A DNA stretch of 64,000 nt from Octopus vulgaris (Eukaryota): positions 105,648,001 through 105,712,000 of the forward strand of contig OX597822.1 of the NCBI GenBank assembly GCA_951406725.2. Reading direction: 5' to 3'. Shown here piece by piece: positions 1-12,405 of this stretch (positions are counted from its first letter, which is position 1; every line of letters begins with the position of its first letter). The notes beneath the pieces are model-generated. The model saw only the letters and a program-made list of their open reading frames with translations, did no database searches and was not told where the DNA came from. The position numbers and the translations under genes are program-made.

Positions 1-116
1 AAGAGACCGATAGAATAAGTATTGGGCTTAAAAAGAATAAGTCCCGGGGTCGATTTGCGCGACTAAGGGCGGTGCTCCAGCATGGCCGCAGTCAAATGAC
101 TGAAGCAAGTAAAAGA
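1..116 (+). mobile_element. SINE family A, 3' end (cut by window edge)
   Basis: Near-identical to 11317-11430, ending GGCGGTGCTCCAGCATGGCCGCAGTCAAATGACTGAA plus an A-rich tail. Confidence 0.9.
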
Positions 117-380
117 AAAAAAAAGAAAAGAAAAAGAAAATAATATATGTATGTGTTTATGTATGTATGTGTGGATGTATGCATCTATAAGCATATAAAT
201 TTATTGGTGTATGTGTGTGTGTGTGTGTGTGCATGTGTGTGTGTGTGCATGTGTGTCTATTAACTGAATTTCATGACTGCGAGAATAGATGTGTTAATCG
301 AAGTGAACGCGCAAACTTCTCTGAATATATGTACATATGTGCATGTGTGTGTTAGCGTGTTTGTGTGTGTGTGTGTGTTC

Positions 381-416
<36 letters not shown>

Positions 417-769
417 TCCGTGTGCGTGCGCGTTCATTTCAGTCTGCGTCTTTATTCTCTCCGCTACGGCGTGTTCTAGTTCGATAGACGTCTGGTCAAG
501 TTAAATGAACTGCGAAGTTTTATTGGTCGCAGATGTCATAAAGTTTGTCACATAATGACAATAGACGCCGGAGCATCTTGACACTGGAATTAGACTCCGG
601 TTAGTTCTAACAGTAACTGGCCTTCCATAGTTTTCTCTTCCTTTTTTTTATTTTAGTTAAAACGTATCCCTCTATCGATGTGTATTCTCGAGTTATCATT
701 TAAACGCATAATTTTGATACACTTCCTAAAAAATACGACAAAAATCTTCAAATTTCAGCAAATTTCCAT

Positions 770-1403
770 ATATATACATACATAAATACATAGATACTTA
801 TGTACAAATATACATACATACACACGTGCAGATATACACACTCACATACATACATACATACATACATACTTACGTACCCACATACATGCAAACATACATA
901 CGCACATACAGACATTTATAATTACATACATACGTACAGACACACATGCATACATATATACTTGAATACATACATATACATATACTTGCATGCATACATA
1001 CAAACATACATACATACATACATACATACATACATACATACATACATACATGCATACATACATACATACATACATACATTCATACATACATACATACATA
1101 CATACATTCATACATTCATATATATACATACATACATACATACATACATACATTCATACATTCATACATACATACATACATACATACATACATTCATACA
1201 TACATACATACATACATATACACATACATACATACATTCATACATACATACATACATACATACATTCATACATTCATATATATACATACATACATACATA
1301 CATACATACATACATACATGCATACATTCATACATACATACATACATACATACATACATACATACATACATACATACATACATACATACATACATACATA
1401 CAT
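770..1403. repeat. (CATA)n microsatellite array, degenerate at its 5' side
   Basis: Directly visible tetranucleotide repeat; source of the YIHT/MYVC pseudo-ORFs. Confidence 0.97.
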
Positions 1404-1582
1404 AGGCACTATACATTCTTTATTTTCTCACCTTGTTTCTTTCTGTGTTCCTTTCTGTGGAAGAGCGTAGGCTCGAAATGTTAAAGACTTTTTCACTTCC
1501 CGAGCATTAAACTGTTTGTTGTCTACACCACCTGCCTTTCGTTTTTTTTTTTTTTTTGGTTCTTTTTTTGCGAATACTCCCC
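1404..1582 (+). mobile_element. Hammerhead-bearing short element, family H1 (Penelope-like/retrozyme-like)
   Basis: Homologous to 3587-3795 and 22828-23001. Contains CTTT-CTGTGGA-A-GAGC-GTAG-GCTC-GAAA-TG-TT-AAAG at 1451-1486. Flanked by (CATA)n on both sides. Confidence 0.7.
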
Positions 1583-1908
1583 ATACATACATACATACAT
1601 ATTGATGAACTCTGCTCTCGTGAACGACAGATAAGGATTCTGAGCTATCTTGCAGAACTGATGATTGTCTAAAGTAATCAAATATTTACACCGTGCATAA
1701 GCTCACCCCCTCCATAAGATCGACATTGCCTTTATAGGTTCACGGGACGCCACTCATTGAATGTCGAAGTGGTCCTTGAGCAATGTGTTTATGGAGTGAT
1801 TTTTTTCCTGAAGACAACGCCCCTCCAGATTAGGAAATTGAAACGGTGATCTTAAGATCGTAACTACAATATCCTAATCACTACTTTCCATATGCATTTA
1901 CATGTGTA

Positions 1909-2292
1909 TGTGGAGGCGCAATGGCCTAGTGGTTAGGGCAGCAGACTCGCGGTGGTAGGATCGCGGTTTCGATTCCCAGACCGGGCGTTGTGAGTGTTTA
2001 TTGAGTGAAAACGCGTAAATCTCCACGAGGCTCCGGCAGGGGATGGTGGTGATCCCTGCTGTACTCTTTCACCACAACTTTCTCTCACTCTTACTTCCTG
2101 TTTCTGTTGTACCTGTATTTCAAGGGGCCGGCCTTGTCACTCTCTGTGTCACGCTGAATATCCCCGAGAACTACGTTAAGGGTGCACGTGTCTGTGGAGT
2201 GCTCAGCCACTTACACGTTAATTTCACGAGCAGGCTGTTCCGTTGATCGGATCAACCGGAACCCTCGCCGTCATAACCAACAGAATGCTTCC
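1909..2292 (+). mobile_element. SINE family C, full length
   Basis: tRNA-like head with A box (TGGCCTAGTGG) and B box (GGTTTCGATTCCC). 13-bp TSD ACATGTGTATGTG at 1900-1912 and 2293-2305. Second copy at 5112-5436. Confidence 0.9.
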
Positions 2293-2339
2293 ACATGTGT
2301 ATGTGCGTTTGGGAATATATGTATATACGTATCAATGTA

Positions 2340-2709
2340 CTAGCAGTATCGCCCGGCGTTGCTCGTGTTTGTAAGGGAAATAACTATAAAGCAGTTTTAG
2401 AGAGTTATAGCCAAAAATGGAAAAAAAATGATGGTAAATTTTTTTTTAGTTAAAAAGGTCGAGTTGCGTCCCCTAGACAGTCTGTGGTTTGTGTTTCTGA
2501 TTCTCGACCCCATGTCGAATTTATCGATTTTTTTCAGAACTGGGGGAACTTTTCAAAATTTTCGCTGCGTTAGTTTTGAATTATGACATTGGGCTATGTG
2601 TGTGTCAAGTTTCATCAGAATCGGTTGAAAGCCGTGGTCAGGGTGAGGGTACACCCTAACAGACACACAGAAACACGCACAGACAAACTGCCGTTTATAT
2701 ATAGAGAGA
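2340..2709 (-). mobile_element. Non-autonomous Helitron, complete
   Basis: Minus strand starts 5'-TC and ends CTAG-3', inserted between A and T with no TSD. GC-rich subterminal hairpin (CGAGCAACGCCGGG) about 10 nt before CTAG, and an ACAGAC-type tract near the 5' end. Confidence 0.8.
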
Positions 2710-2834
2710 TAGGTTATAAATGATTTGATAGTATTGTTCTATAAGTATTGTAGAGATTGTTTCTCTCACTCACTATCCTACTATTATTACTCTGATATAT
2801 CATCCGCACTACATAAATCCCCATGTGCGTAATA

Positions 2835-3061
2835 CACACATTTAAACATACACACACACACACACACATGCATGTCTGTGCGTGTGTGTGAGTGAGTGTT
2901 TGCGTGTGTGTTGTGTGTGTGTGTGCAGGCGTGTGTACGCATGTATGGGTGTACACATTTAAACATACACACACACACACATGCATGTCTGTGCGTGTTT
3001 GTGAGTGAGTGTTTGCGTATGTGTGCGTGTTGTGTGTGTGCAGGCGTTGTGTACGCATGTA
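2835..3061. repeat. Two-copy tandem duplication of a ~118-bp CA/TG-rich unit
   Basis: CACATTTAAACATACAC...CATGCATGTCTGTGCG...GCAGGCG..GTGTACGCATGTA occurs twice in tandem. Confidence 0.8.
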
Positions 3062-3586
3062 CGGTCTGCCTCAGTTAACGATTGTAACAGCTTACAACGT
3101 TAATGCCTAAGTCTTCTTTCGCTTAACGTGCCAAGTTTGTGTGCTGGGTAATAAAATTAACAATATATTTCTGAGTCAATTACAGAGATTCCAAAAGCTT
3201 TCCTTAACTATCGGAAATTGATAATGCTGCAATTTCCCAGTCCCTAGCTGCTATATCACTGATAAGACTTTCTCTAGAAATCTTTGTGAATTTCAAACGT
3301 ATTGCTTCTACGTAAGCTTATTGCCGTCACCAACAGGTTTTCAAACAAATCTTCTGTCCTGACGTGCTTAATTTCAAATACTGAGAAAAATTAGCACGTT
3401 TGCGGTTTGGTGATATACAAGCATTCATACAGGAAAACATACACAGGCACACACACGAAAACACATACACGCACACACACAAACACACACGTACACATAT
3501 ACTATTATACATACATGTACGCACGTATATGTTATATATACATATGTATATATATATTTGTATATATATATTTGTATATATATATA

Positions 3587-3795
3587 TTGCAATGTTGGAT
3601 CGTTAGCTCCTACACGCAATTTTTTCCTCTCCTTGTTTCTCTCCTTGTTTCTTTTCTGTGTATCTTTCTGTCGAAGAGCGTAGGCTCGAAACGTAAAAGA
3701 CTTGTTTTATTTCTATTCCTGAGCGCCATACTAATACATTATTTGTTTGTACTCCACCTGCCTTCGTCTTTTGTTTATTTTCGTAAACCTTCCGT
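3587..3795 (+). mobile_element. Hammerhead-bearing short element, family H1
   Basis: TCTTT-CTGTCGA-A-GAGC-GTAG-GCTC-GAAA-CG-TA-AAAGA at 3663-3700. Flanked by (TA)n. Confidence 0.75.
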
Positions 3796-3906
3796 TATAT
3801 ATATATATCCCATATATATATATTCCAGCAGGCATTTTGAACTGGCCATGATGCATACCTGCATATATATGTGGTTATACGTTCGCATATGTAAGTATTC
3901 GTATGT

Positions 3907-3983
<77 letters not shown>

Positions 3984-4008
3984 GTATTTATGTTTCTCTG
4001 CTATGTGT

Positions 4009-4066
4009 ATTCTACTGACGAGGCAAAGCATTTCTAAATGCAAATCAGAAATCCGGGATCTAGAAT
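4009..4066 (+). ncRNA. Type I hammerhead ribozyme motif (family H2) within a TA-flanked element at ~3985-4204
   Basis: Helix I ATTCTA/TAGAAT, core CTGACGA, helix II region with GCATT/AATGC hairpin, GAAA, helix III ATCC/GGAT and triplet AUC (predicted cut after 4060). The base of helix II is imperfect. Confidence 0.7.
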
Positions 4067-4207
4067 TATTCAGTAATTTTTTTACTAGTTTCATATGGTC
4101 TCTTTGCTTTCTCTCCGTGTTGATAAATGGCCAATTACGGTGGTTTTAGAGTCAGATCATGGCTGCTATTTTCAGCATGGTGGTATCTCGTAGATACCCT
4201 AATTTAT

Positions 4208-4243
<36 letters not shown>

Positions 4244-5111
4244 ATATGTATAAATGCGTATATATGTATTTATATATTTATGTATATATTCATTTTTGTA
4301 TACCGGTGTGTATCAACGTATAAATGTACTACATAAATGCCAACATACATGTAATTTTTCATTTGTGTAAAAGTGTATGGTTACGTATGTTTTCGCGTTC
4401 CTTTCTTAAATAACTCTTTGACATATTCCTGTAACCATAAATTTGCTGTGTATAAAACTTAGCTTGTCCTTTTTATTTTCTTTTAAAACCTCTAGACTCG
4501 TAGTCAAAGTGCAACTTTATCTATGATTTTAACACAAACCTGTATCTTCGGTGTCCAAACAATCTACATACGACTTCTGTCCAACAAGCGAAATTCTCAT
4601 TTCTTCAATGTCTCACCTATCGTATCCACTACAAAACACTTCAAATAATGCTTACTATACAGAACTGAAGTCTTGTACAATTGTCTCCTTGTCCAGCCTC
4701 TTCACGTCATTATTGAAAGATCTATGAAGACCACTGGCATTCCCCACTCTCTTTGTCTAAATTATAAGTATTTCAAGAGACGGGTATTATCGGAATATAT
4801 GTGCGTGAGTGTATATATGCATACACACACACTATCACACACACACGAGTGTTATTACCACCAAATAGAAATTGTAAGAATTTTGTTATCGATAAACAAA
4901 ATAAAAATTAATTATGCCAATTCTATGCATCATTTTCCTCGTCTTTTCTTACAGTGTTATATTAATTAGTGAGTGTTTAAGGATCTTTAGAAACACCGTA
5001 GATAGTCTTAAAACCTGTGTTTATCTGCCTGTCTTCCGACCTAGCTATTCATACACTCGCACGCGCGCACTCAGCAGACATACTACTCTCCAGTATGTCA
5101 CTAAAGTAATG

Positions 5112-5436
5112 GATGGAAGCACTCTGCCGGTTACGACGATGAGGGTTCCAGTTGATCCGAATCAACGGAACAGCCTGCTCGTGAAATTAACGTGTAAGTG
5201 GCTGAGCACTCCACAGAAATATGCACCCTTAACGCAGTTCTCGGGGATAATCAGCGTGACACAGAGAGTGACAAGGCCGGTCCCTTGAAATACAGGTACA
5301 ACAGAAACAGGAAGTAAGAGTGAGAGAAAGTTGTGGTGAAAGAGTACAGCAGGGATCACCACCATCCCCTGTCGGAGCCTCGTGGAGCTTTTAGGTGTTT
5401 TCGCTCAAAAAACACTCACAACGCCCGCTCTTGGAA
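5112..5436 (-). mobile_element. SINE family C, 5'-truncated
   Basis: Reverse-complement match to 1972-2293. 14-bp TSD TCACTAAAGTAATG at 5098-5111 and 5437-5450. Confidence 0.92.
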
Positions 5437-5514
5437 TCACTAAAGTAATGACAGTATTGTAGAAACAATAATAAAACAAACATAACAGCAAGAAATTAAA
5501 TCAATAATTATTCT

Positions 5515-7250
5515 GTAGTAGGACCCGATAGATTCCCTGCTAGAGTCCTGAAGGAAAACAACACCAACTTGAAACCCCTGTAACCAACATCTGGAGAAGT
5601 TTTTTTAGACTTAGGTTATATACCGTAACAGCTCACATCCCAATCTGTCATCCCGGTCTGCGAGAAGGAAACAGGTCTGATAGAGTTAAGAATCGTCTAA
5701 TGTCACTCAGCTTCCGTATCATCAAACTCTGTGACAGGGTGGTGAGATCATGGATAAACAGATTCCTGCAGAACCACAAACTTCTAAATTCCAGACAAGG
5801 AATGTCCAGCACAGCTTTTATGTCACATCGATGATGTACTTAAAGCTTTGAGATCAGGTTCGAAATTTGATGTGATTTATCCTGAATTCAGCAGAGTCTT
5901 CGACAGAGTTGACCACAATATCCTCCTCTTAAAATTATCCAATGTTAGAATCCGTGGTAAACTCCTACACTGGATTAAGTATTTCCTGGTGAACAGAACA
6001 CAAGATCTTTTGATCGGTGGGATCTACTCTTTCCTAGCAAAAGATACCAGTAGTCTCATCCATGAGACTGATGCGGTTTCCGTTTCTTTTCTATAGTCTA
6101 TATAAACGACATTTCAAGCGTTATCAAATACATCAGAATAAAAATATGGGCAGTTGACTCCGAGCCCCAGAAAATTATCAAGACCAAAATGAACTCCACT
6201 CTGATCTACATGCTGTAAACCTATTTCTTTATTACCCACAAGGGGCTAAACACAGAGGAGACAAACAAGGACAGACATAGGTATTAAGTCAATTACATCG
6301 ACCCCAGTGCGTAACTGGTACTTAATTTATCGACCCCGAAAGGATAAAAGGCAAAGTCGACCTCGGCGGAATTTGAACTCACAACGTAACGCAGACGAAA
6401 TACCTATTTCTTTATTACCCACAAGGGTCTAAACACAGAGAGGACAAACAAGGACAGACAAACGGATTAAGTCGATTATATCGCCCCCAGTGCGTAACTG
6501 GTACTTAATTTATCGACCCCGAAATGATGAAAGGCAAAGTCGACCTCGGCGGAATTTGAACTCACAACGTAACGCAGACGAAATACCGCTAAGCATTTCG
6601 CCCGGCGTGCTAACGTTTCTGCCAGCTCGCCGCCTTTACATGCTGTAAACCATTGGGTGGACAAAAATAACTTGCAGTTAAATGAAGGAACATTTGAATT
6701 CATGCACTTTGGAACAAAGAATTCTCCGTAACCACAATTGTTGACAACTATCTCGGTTGGAATACTCACATCAACAATTAAGTCGATATCGCTAGCAGGA
6801 TGAGCTCCTGGATCGTCAGGATTTCTCAGTCTCGAGAGCAAAATGTCGTCGACCCCCTTTTCTCCTCTATTATAGGGCCCTATCTTGAATATTGCTTCCG
6901 ATTATTGGAACAGACTTAAATCTTTGAAAAATTTTTTTCTCCAGCGCCGCTGTGGAAACTACATCATTTTCATGATGTAGAGAATATTATACTCAAACGA
7001 CATCAGTTTCAGAATTCTTTCAAGACAGGGGACACGTGCCGTGCTTCGCAACTCAGTCTGACAGCACATAAGAATTCACTGCAACACGATATCCTTTCCT
7101 GAACAGGCACTGCTCTGCTTAACCATATCCCAATACAAATCAAAGAAAACAAAGATTCCATCACCTTCAAGCGACACCTAACAGTATACTTCAAAGGACA
7201 GACCGCATATACCTGGATACATCTGAGTTATCAACAATTTTCTCCTTGCA
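5515..7250 (+). pseudogene. Decayed CR1/L2-superfamily LINE ORF2 (reverse transcriptase to C-terminus), interrupted by a SINE
   Basis: Frameshifted peptides GPDRFPARVLKE, DVIYPEFSRVFDRVDHNILLLKL, GKLLHWIKYFLVNRTQ, VYINDIS, HWVDKNNLQLNEGTFEFMHFG and LLNHIPIQIK..TFKRHL occur in the order expected for this RT family. Confidence 0.88.
6222..6636 (-). mobile_element. SINE family B with internal ~183-bp tandem duplication
   Basis: tRNA-like head GGCGGCGAGCTGGCAGAAACGTT...GAGTTCAAATTCC on the minus strand. 15-bp TSD TACATGCTGTAAACC at 6207-6221 and 6637-6651. Body present twice. Confidence 0.92.
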
Positions 7251-7514
7251 GTCCATCTCTTTCAAGCTTTGAATTACCGTGTCCAAATTGCAATCAAAAA
7301 CCTGAAAGAGACGGGCTTCTGTTAGAGACCAGCGAAATTTTAAGCCACATGGAACCGTATCAAACTGTTTTATATAATACATGTAACTATTACTAAATGT
7401 GTCATGTATTATATGAATAGTTACATGCTCACTTCTTTCGTTTGTCCACTCATATGTATATATATATATAATATAGAGAGATATAATATATATATATATA
7501 TAATATAGAGAGAG

Positions 7515-7545
<31 letters not shown>

Positions 7546-7586
7546 GATATAGAGATATAATATATATATATATATCATATAGAGAG

Positions 7587-7630
<44 letters not shown>

Positions 7631-7631
<1 letters not shown>

Positions 7632-7799
7632 TTTATTTAAAGCAGCAGAAAATTCAACAAAACCTGTTACTCTGAGTTGATGAACGGCAACGGGAAACTC
7701 AGAGTAATTTTCTGCTGCTTTAAATAAAGTATATTACTCTACCACTGGTATTTGTGTACTCTTTTTTCCACCTTGTTTCACATTTATGTGTTTACTCCA

Positions 7800-7800
<1 letters not shown>
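7631..7800 (+). mobile_element. Hammerhead-bearing element family H3 with 5' foldback inversion
   Basis: Arms 7629-7678 and 7696-7731 are inverted copies around TGATGAACGGCAACGGGA. Homologous to 48408-48490. Flanked by (TA)n. Confidence 0.7.
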
Positions 7801-7863
<63 letters not shown>

Positions 7864-8064
7864 TCGTATATGTATGTATGCATGTATATTCGTATATATG
7901 TATATATGTATGTATGTATTTATACAAAACCACATGTTCCATAAAATGTCCGATCTGATGATAGTAAGGAAACTAAAGTGAATATTATGCAATTCTGTAA
8001 AGCAATTTGAGGTCGAATGGTATAATATTTGCATGTTTATTTGTTGGTCTGCTTGTTTGTGTGC

Positions 8065-8108
<44 letters not shown>

Positions 8109-8160
8109 GGTTTCATGTGAGTGGGTATGTTTATTACTACATTATTGCATAACTACATAC

Positions 8161-8204
<44 letters not shown>

Positions 8205-8331
8205 ATATATATATATATAATGTATATGTAAGGATAATATATATAATGATAAAGCGAGAGAGAGAGGAAGAGAAAAATATAAATAGCTAGATACGGGAGA
8301 AAAGTAGATACACACACCTATGAACACGCAT

Positions 8332-8388
<57 letters not shown>

Positions 8389-8833
8389 AAAATCTTTCTT
8401 TATATCTGTATGAGTAGTTTACGAGTAACGAATTAGAAGCATATAACCATTCTTAATATATCGAATTTATTACAATCATGTAATCATTTGCTAAGTGAAA
8501 ATTTACAAAACTGAACATTATATGTTCGGGGATTGCGAAAATCAAACCGAATATTGATGGAGCTTATTATGATAGCTTAAAAGTTTTTGGGAGTTTAGAA
8601 TATCTTTGATGCCACGTATATATGGGAAGAAGAAGATGAAGAAGAAAAAAAATTATACGAAATCCCTACTATTTGAAAGTTGTCAATGCAATAATCCCCC
8701 ACCACTACCACACACCCCCCCCCCTCTCTCTCTCTCCTTTCTACCTTCTGAATCAATTCCCTTCTGTTCTATTGATCTCTTGTACTACTATATCGTGATG
8801 CATTGTACATATACACACATATACTATACATAC

Positions 8834-8904
<71 letters not shown>

Positions 8905-9147
8905 CATATATATATATATTTGTATATGTATATATTTGTTCCGTGTATTTTTTTTCCTTCTTCTTCTTTCTCGGCCTGCTGTCGGATTTTTCCTTCCCTT
9001 GTATATACGAGGAACGCAAATTATCAACAGCGAATTTATCCGATCCCATCACTATAATTATTGTGCACTTCCCTACTAATTTACACACCACCTCTTGTTA
9101 CCCCGATCATTACCGTTTATCTTTGATTCCTAGCTTCTATTATACAC

Positions 9148-9214
<67 letters not shown>

Positions 9215-9217
9215 TCT

Positions 9218-9251
<34 letters not shown>

Positions 9252-10012
9252 GCATATATATATATATATATATACATGTATATACACCCATGTTATTCCA
9301 ATTTCGTTTAGGTTTCATTCTATCCCATTTTTTTCTTTCCTTCTATGTTATTGTCAGTATTTTCTTTTATTTTTGTTATTTTTGTTTCTTTCATTGAATG
9401 AGCGAACGTGAACTTGCCTATTCATTCTCTCTTTCGATTTCTTTTTTTCACTATCAGCCTCTTTCTTTGCATTGCTTGTTCTTCAATAGTCGTTCTGCGA
9501 TTCTCTTTTTTCTTTACTTTTTATTTTTATTTTATTTTATTTACTATTTTTATTTGATCATTTTCATTATATTTGTCTTCCTTCCAAAAGAGAAAAGAAT
9601 TCAACAGAAAGAGAGAGAAAAAAATAGAAGTCACTTAAGACTGTATGAAAAGAAGGAGACATGTTGAAGCGGAATTAATGCGAGCAGAGAACCATGCGGT
9701 TCTTTGTTCCTTTGTCCCTGTTATCCTTTGTTTATTTCTCATAAAAATTGGATGAAGGAACAAGGAGTGGATATGTATGCAGAGTTTAGTGTATATAAAT
9801 GAAAGAGGGGAGAAATGGGTGATACAAAGAGAATAAGTGATAATAGTGACATGTATAAAGTCACGTGGACTCATCAAAAAACAGAAAAGAAGAAAAAGTG
9901 TCTCCATGAAAGACGAAAAAAATGGTAAAATTCCGAATCTTTCACTTTAACAAACACCTACATACACATACACATATTCACACACACACACATAAATATA
10001 TACATGTATATA

Positions 10013-10078
<66 letters not shown>

Positions 10079-10351
10079 ACGTATAGACGATATGCATACA
10101 AACACACACACACACGTAAGCACTCACATAGACGTACATACACACACATACACCCACAGTGGTTGCGTGCTGAATGCAATCCGACGCCCTTTTTTTTTTT
10201 AAACACCACCACCTCTCACCTTGAGTAACTTTAGCGAGTTTTACTCTGATGGCAGCATTCGAGCAAGGTTTCCGGTTTGAGGATACCTTCGTCCCCGCCT
10301 CCTACTTACTATTCCAAACGTTTTGCGACAAGTCATAACAACTTATATATA

Positions 10352-10431
<80 letters not shown>

Positions 10432-10521
10432 GAGAGAGAGATATAGATAGATAGATAAATAGATAGATAGATAGATAGTTAGACGTAGATATTGATATAG
10501 ATATATATACATACAAATATG

Positions 10522-10552
<31 letters not shown>

Positions 10553-11029
10553 GTATACATATATTATGTATATATACATACAGGTATAGATTGATAGATA
10601 CATACATATATATGAAGATAGATACACACAAATTCATGCACATATGTATTGTGTGTACGAGTGTGTGTTTGTATGTGTGGGTGCGAGTAAGTGTGCGTGT
10701 GCGCGCACTTCCGTTAATTTCTAAGAGTTTCGCACATTCTTAAACCAAATATATCGAGAATCAGCAGTCGTGAGACGAAATAAAAACTACATAATTAAAT
10801 GCATAAACGCATATAGAAAATTAGTAACACCATCAGTGCTTAAATAATTACGTAAGAAAACCTTCTTGGACGCTTCAAATTGAAAATCAGAAATATTGAG
10901 GTTAACTCTAAACTCCCATTTTCTCTCTCTCTCAGTACGATATCTTACATATTAAGAATAGATTAGACATGAACTCTTGAAAGAACGACGCAGAAATATC
11001 ATAATTTTCAGCAGAATAATATATAAATA

Positions 11030-11200
11030 GGCGCAGGAGTGGCTGTGTGGTAAGTAGCTTGCTAACCAACCACATGGTTCCGGGTTCAGTCCCACTGCAT
11101 GGCATCTTGGGCAAGTGTCTTCTGCTATAGCCCCGGGCCAACCAATGCCTTGTGAGTGAATTTGGTAGACGGAAACTGAAAGAAGCCTGTTGTATATATG

Positions 11201-11231
<31 letters not shown>

Positions 11232-11447
11232 TTGTGTGTCTGTGTTTGTCCCCCTAGCATTGCTTGATAACCGATGCTGGTGTGTTTACGTCCCCGTCAC
11301 TTAGCGGTTCGGTAAAAGACACCGATAGAATAAGTACTGGGCTTACAAAGAATAAGTCCCGGGGTCGATTTGCTCGACTAAAGGCGGTGCTCCAGCATGG
11401 CCGCAGTCAAATGACTGAAACAAGTAAACGAGTAAACGAGTAAAGAG
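11030..11447 (+). mobile_element. SINE family A, full length
   Basis: tRNA-like head (TGGCTGTGTGG; GGTTCAGTCCC), CORE-like CTTGGGCAAGTG segment, internal (TA)n(TG)n tract, 3' stem-loop and short tandem tail (GTAAACGA repeats). Confidence 0.92.
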
Positions 11448-11959
11448 CCTGTTAGATATGTCACCGAACCATGCTGTGAGCCTCTTCGTATCCTTCGTCA
11501 AGCTGGAAAAATAGCTAAAAGAAAATACACCTACAGGAATATTATCTTAGAAAGTATTCGCCTTTAAATATATAAGATAGGAGAATAACGATTGTGATAC
11601 TTGTTCAAAGCCTTTTTAGCATATTTTTACAAATAAATAGTCACGTGGAAGGAGTTTCCATATGTACAAGGAGAGGGTATTGCTCTGTTTGTAGAATTTA
11701 GGTTATTGGACGAAATTTTCTGTGTATTCTCAAATTATTAGAATTCGTAAAATGTTAGAGTCAAGTGTCCGGGTTACATTCAGTGAATTATATGTCCATA
11801 AGTGGTTGTGAAGTGAATATTTGCATCACGGACGTAGAAGTACGTGTTGTTAGAACTGCGAACACAAAGGTTTATCACTGTTTACTTCTAATACGCGGTT
11901 AATGTGTGGGGAGATAGACCGAAAATTCAGTTCCAACAGATTTAACAAAACTGAATCAC

Positions 11960-11990
<31 letters not shown>

Positions 11991-12405
11991 AAGTGAGAGA
12001 GGGGGAGAGAGGGAGGAGAGAGAGTGGGGAGGAGGGACAGCGAGAGAATGGGGTGAAAGACACATAGAAATTGCTTTGCGAACAGTCTTATGTACTAAAC
12101 ATCTGATCGAAGGCAAAACAAACGGATGGTAGACACACCCGAACCAAGCACACGTTGATTGTTCGTTGACATGATTTTGAGGTTATGCTGAATGAAGCTT
12201 TGACAATGACTAATGAGAAGCAACATGATTCGAGGAGCATTTAATGGAGTAGGTGATGCGATTTCAGACGCTGAAACTGATTGAATAGTATTTGTCATTG
12301 TCACAAATAAAGAAAAGGACGGAGATGGAAACCAGAAAGGAGACCAGAAATCAAGATCGAAAATAATCTGATACCTCCACACACATTTATCTATCTATCT
12401 ATATA

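Noticed and set aside
1909-1985. tRNA-like sequences here and at 11030, 13850-13920, 14765-14838 and 20119
   Set aside because: They continue into SINE bodies, so they are SINE heads rather than tRNA genes.
2043-5365. Two near-identical 67-aa ORFs (MVVIPAVLFHH...)
   Set aside because: Both lie inside copies of SINE C; the similarity reflects the repeat, not a gene family.
10766-10782. GTC-GTGA-GAC-GAAA resembling a hammerhead helix II
   Set aside because: No CUGAnGA upstream and no helix I pairing.
12095-12382. 95-aa non-repetitive minus-strand ORF
   Set aside because: No recognisable domain, no convincing splice signals, and a non-ATG start.
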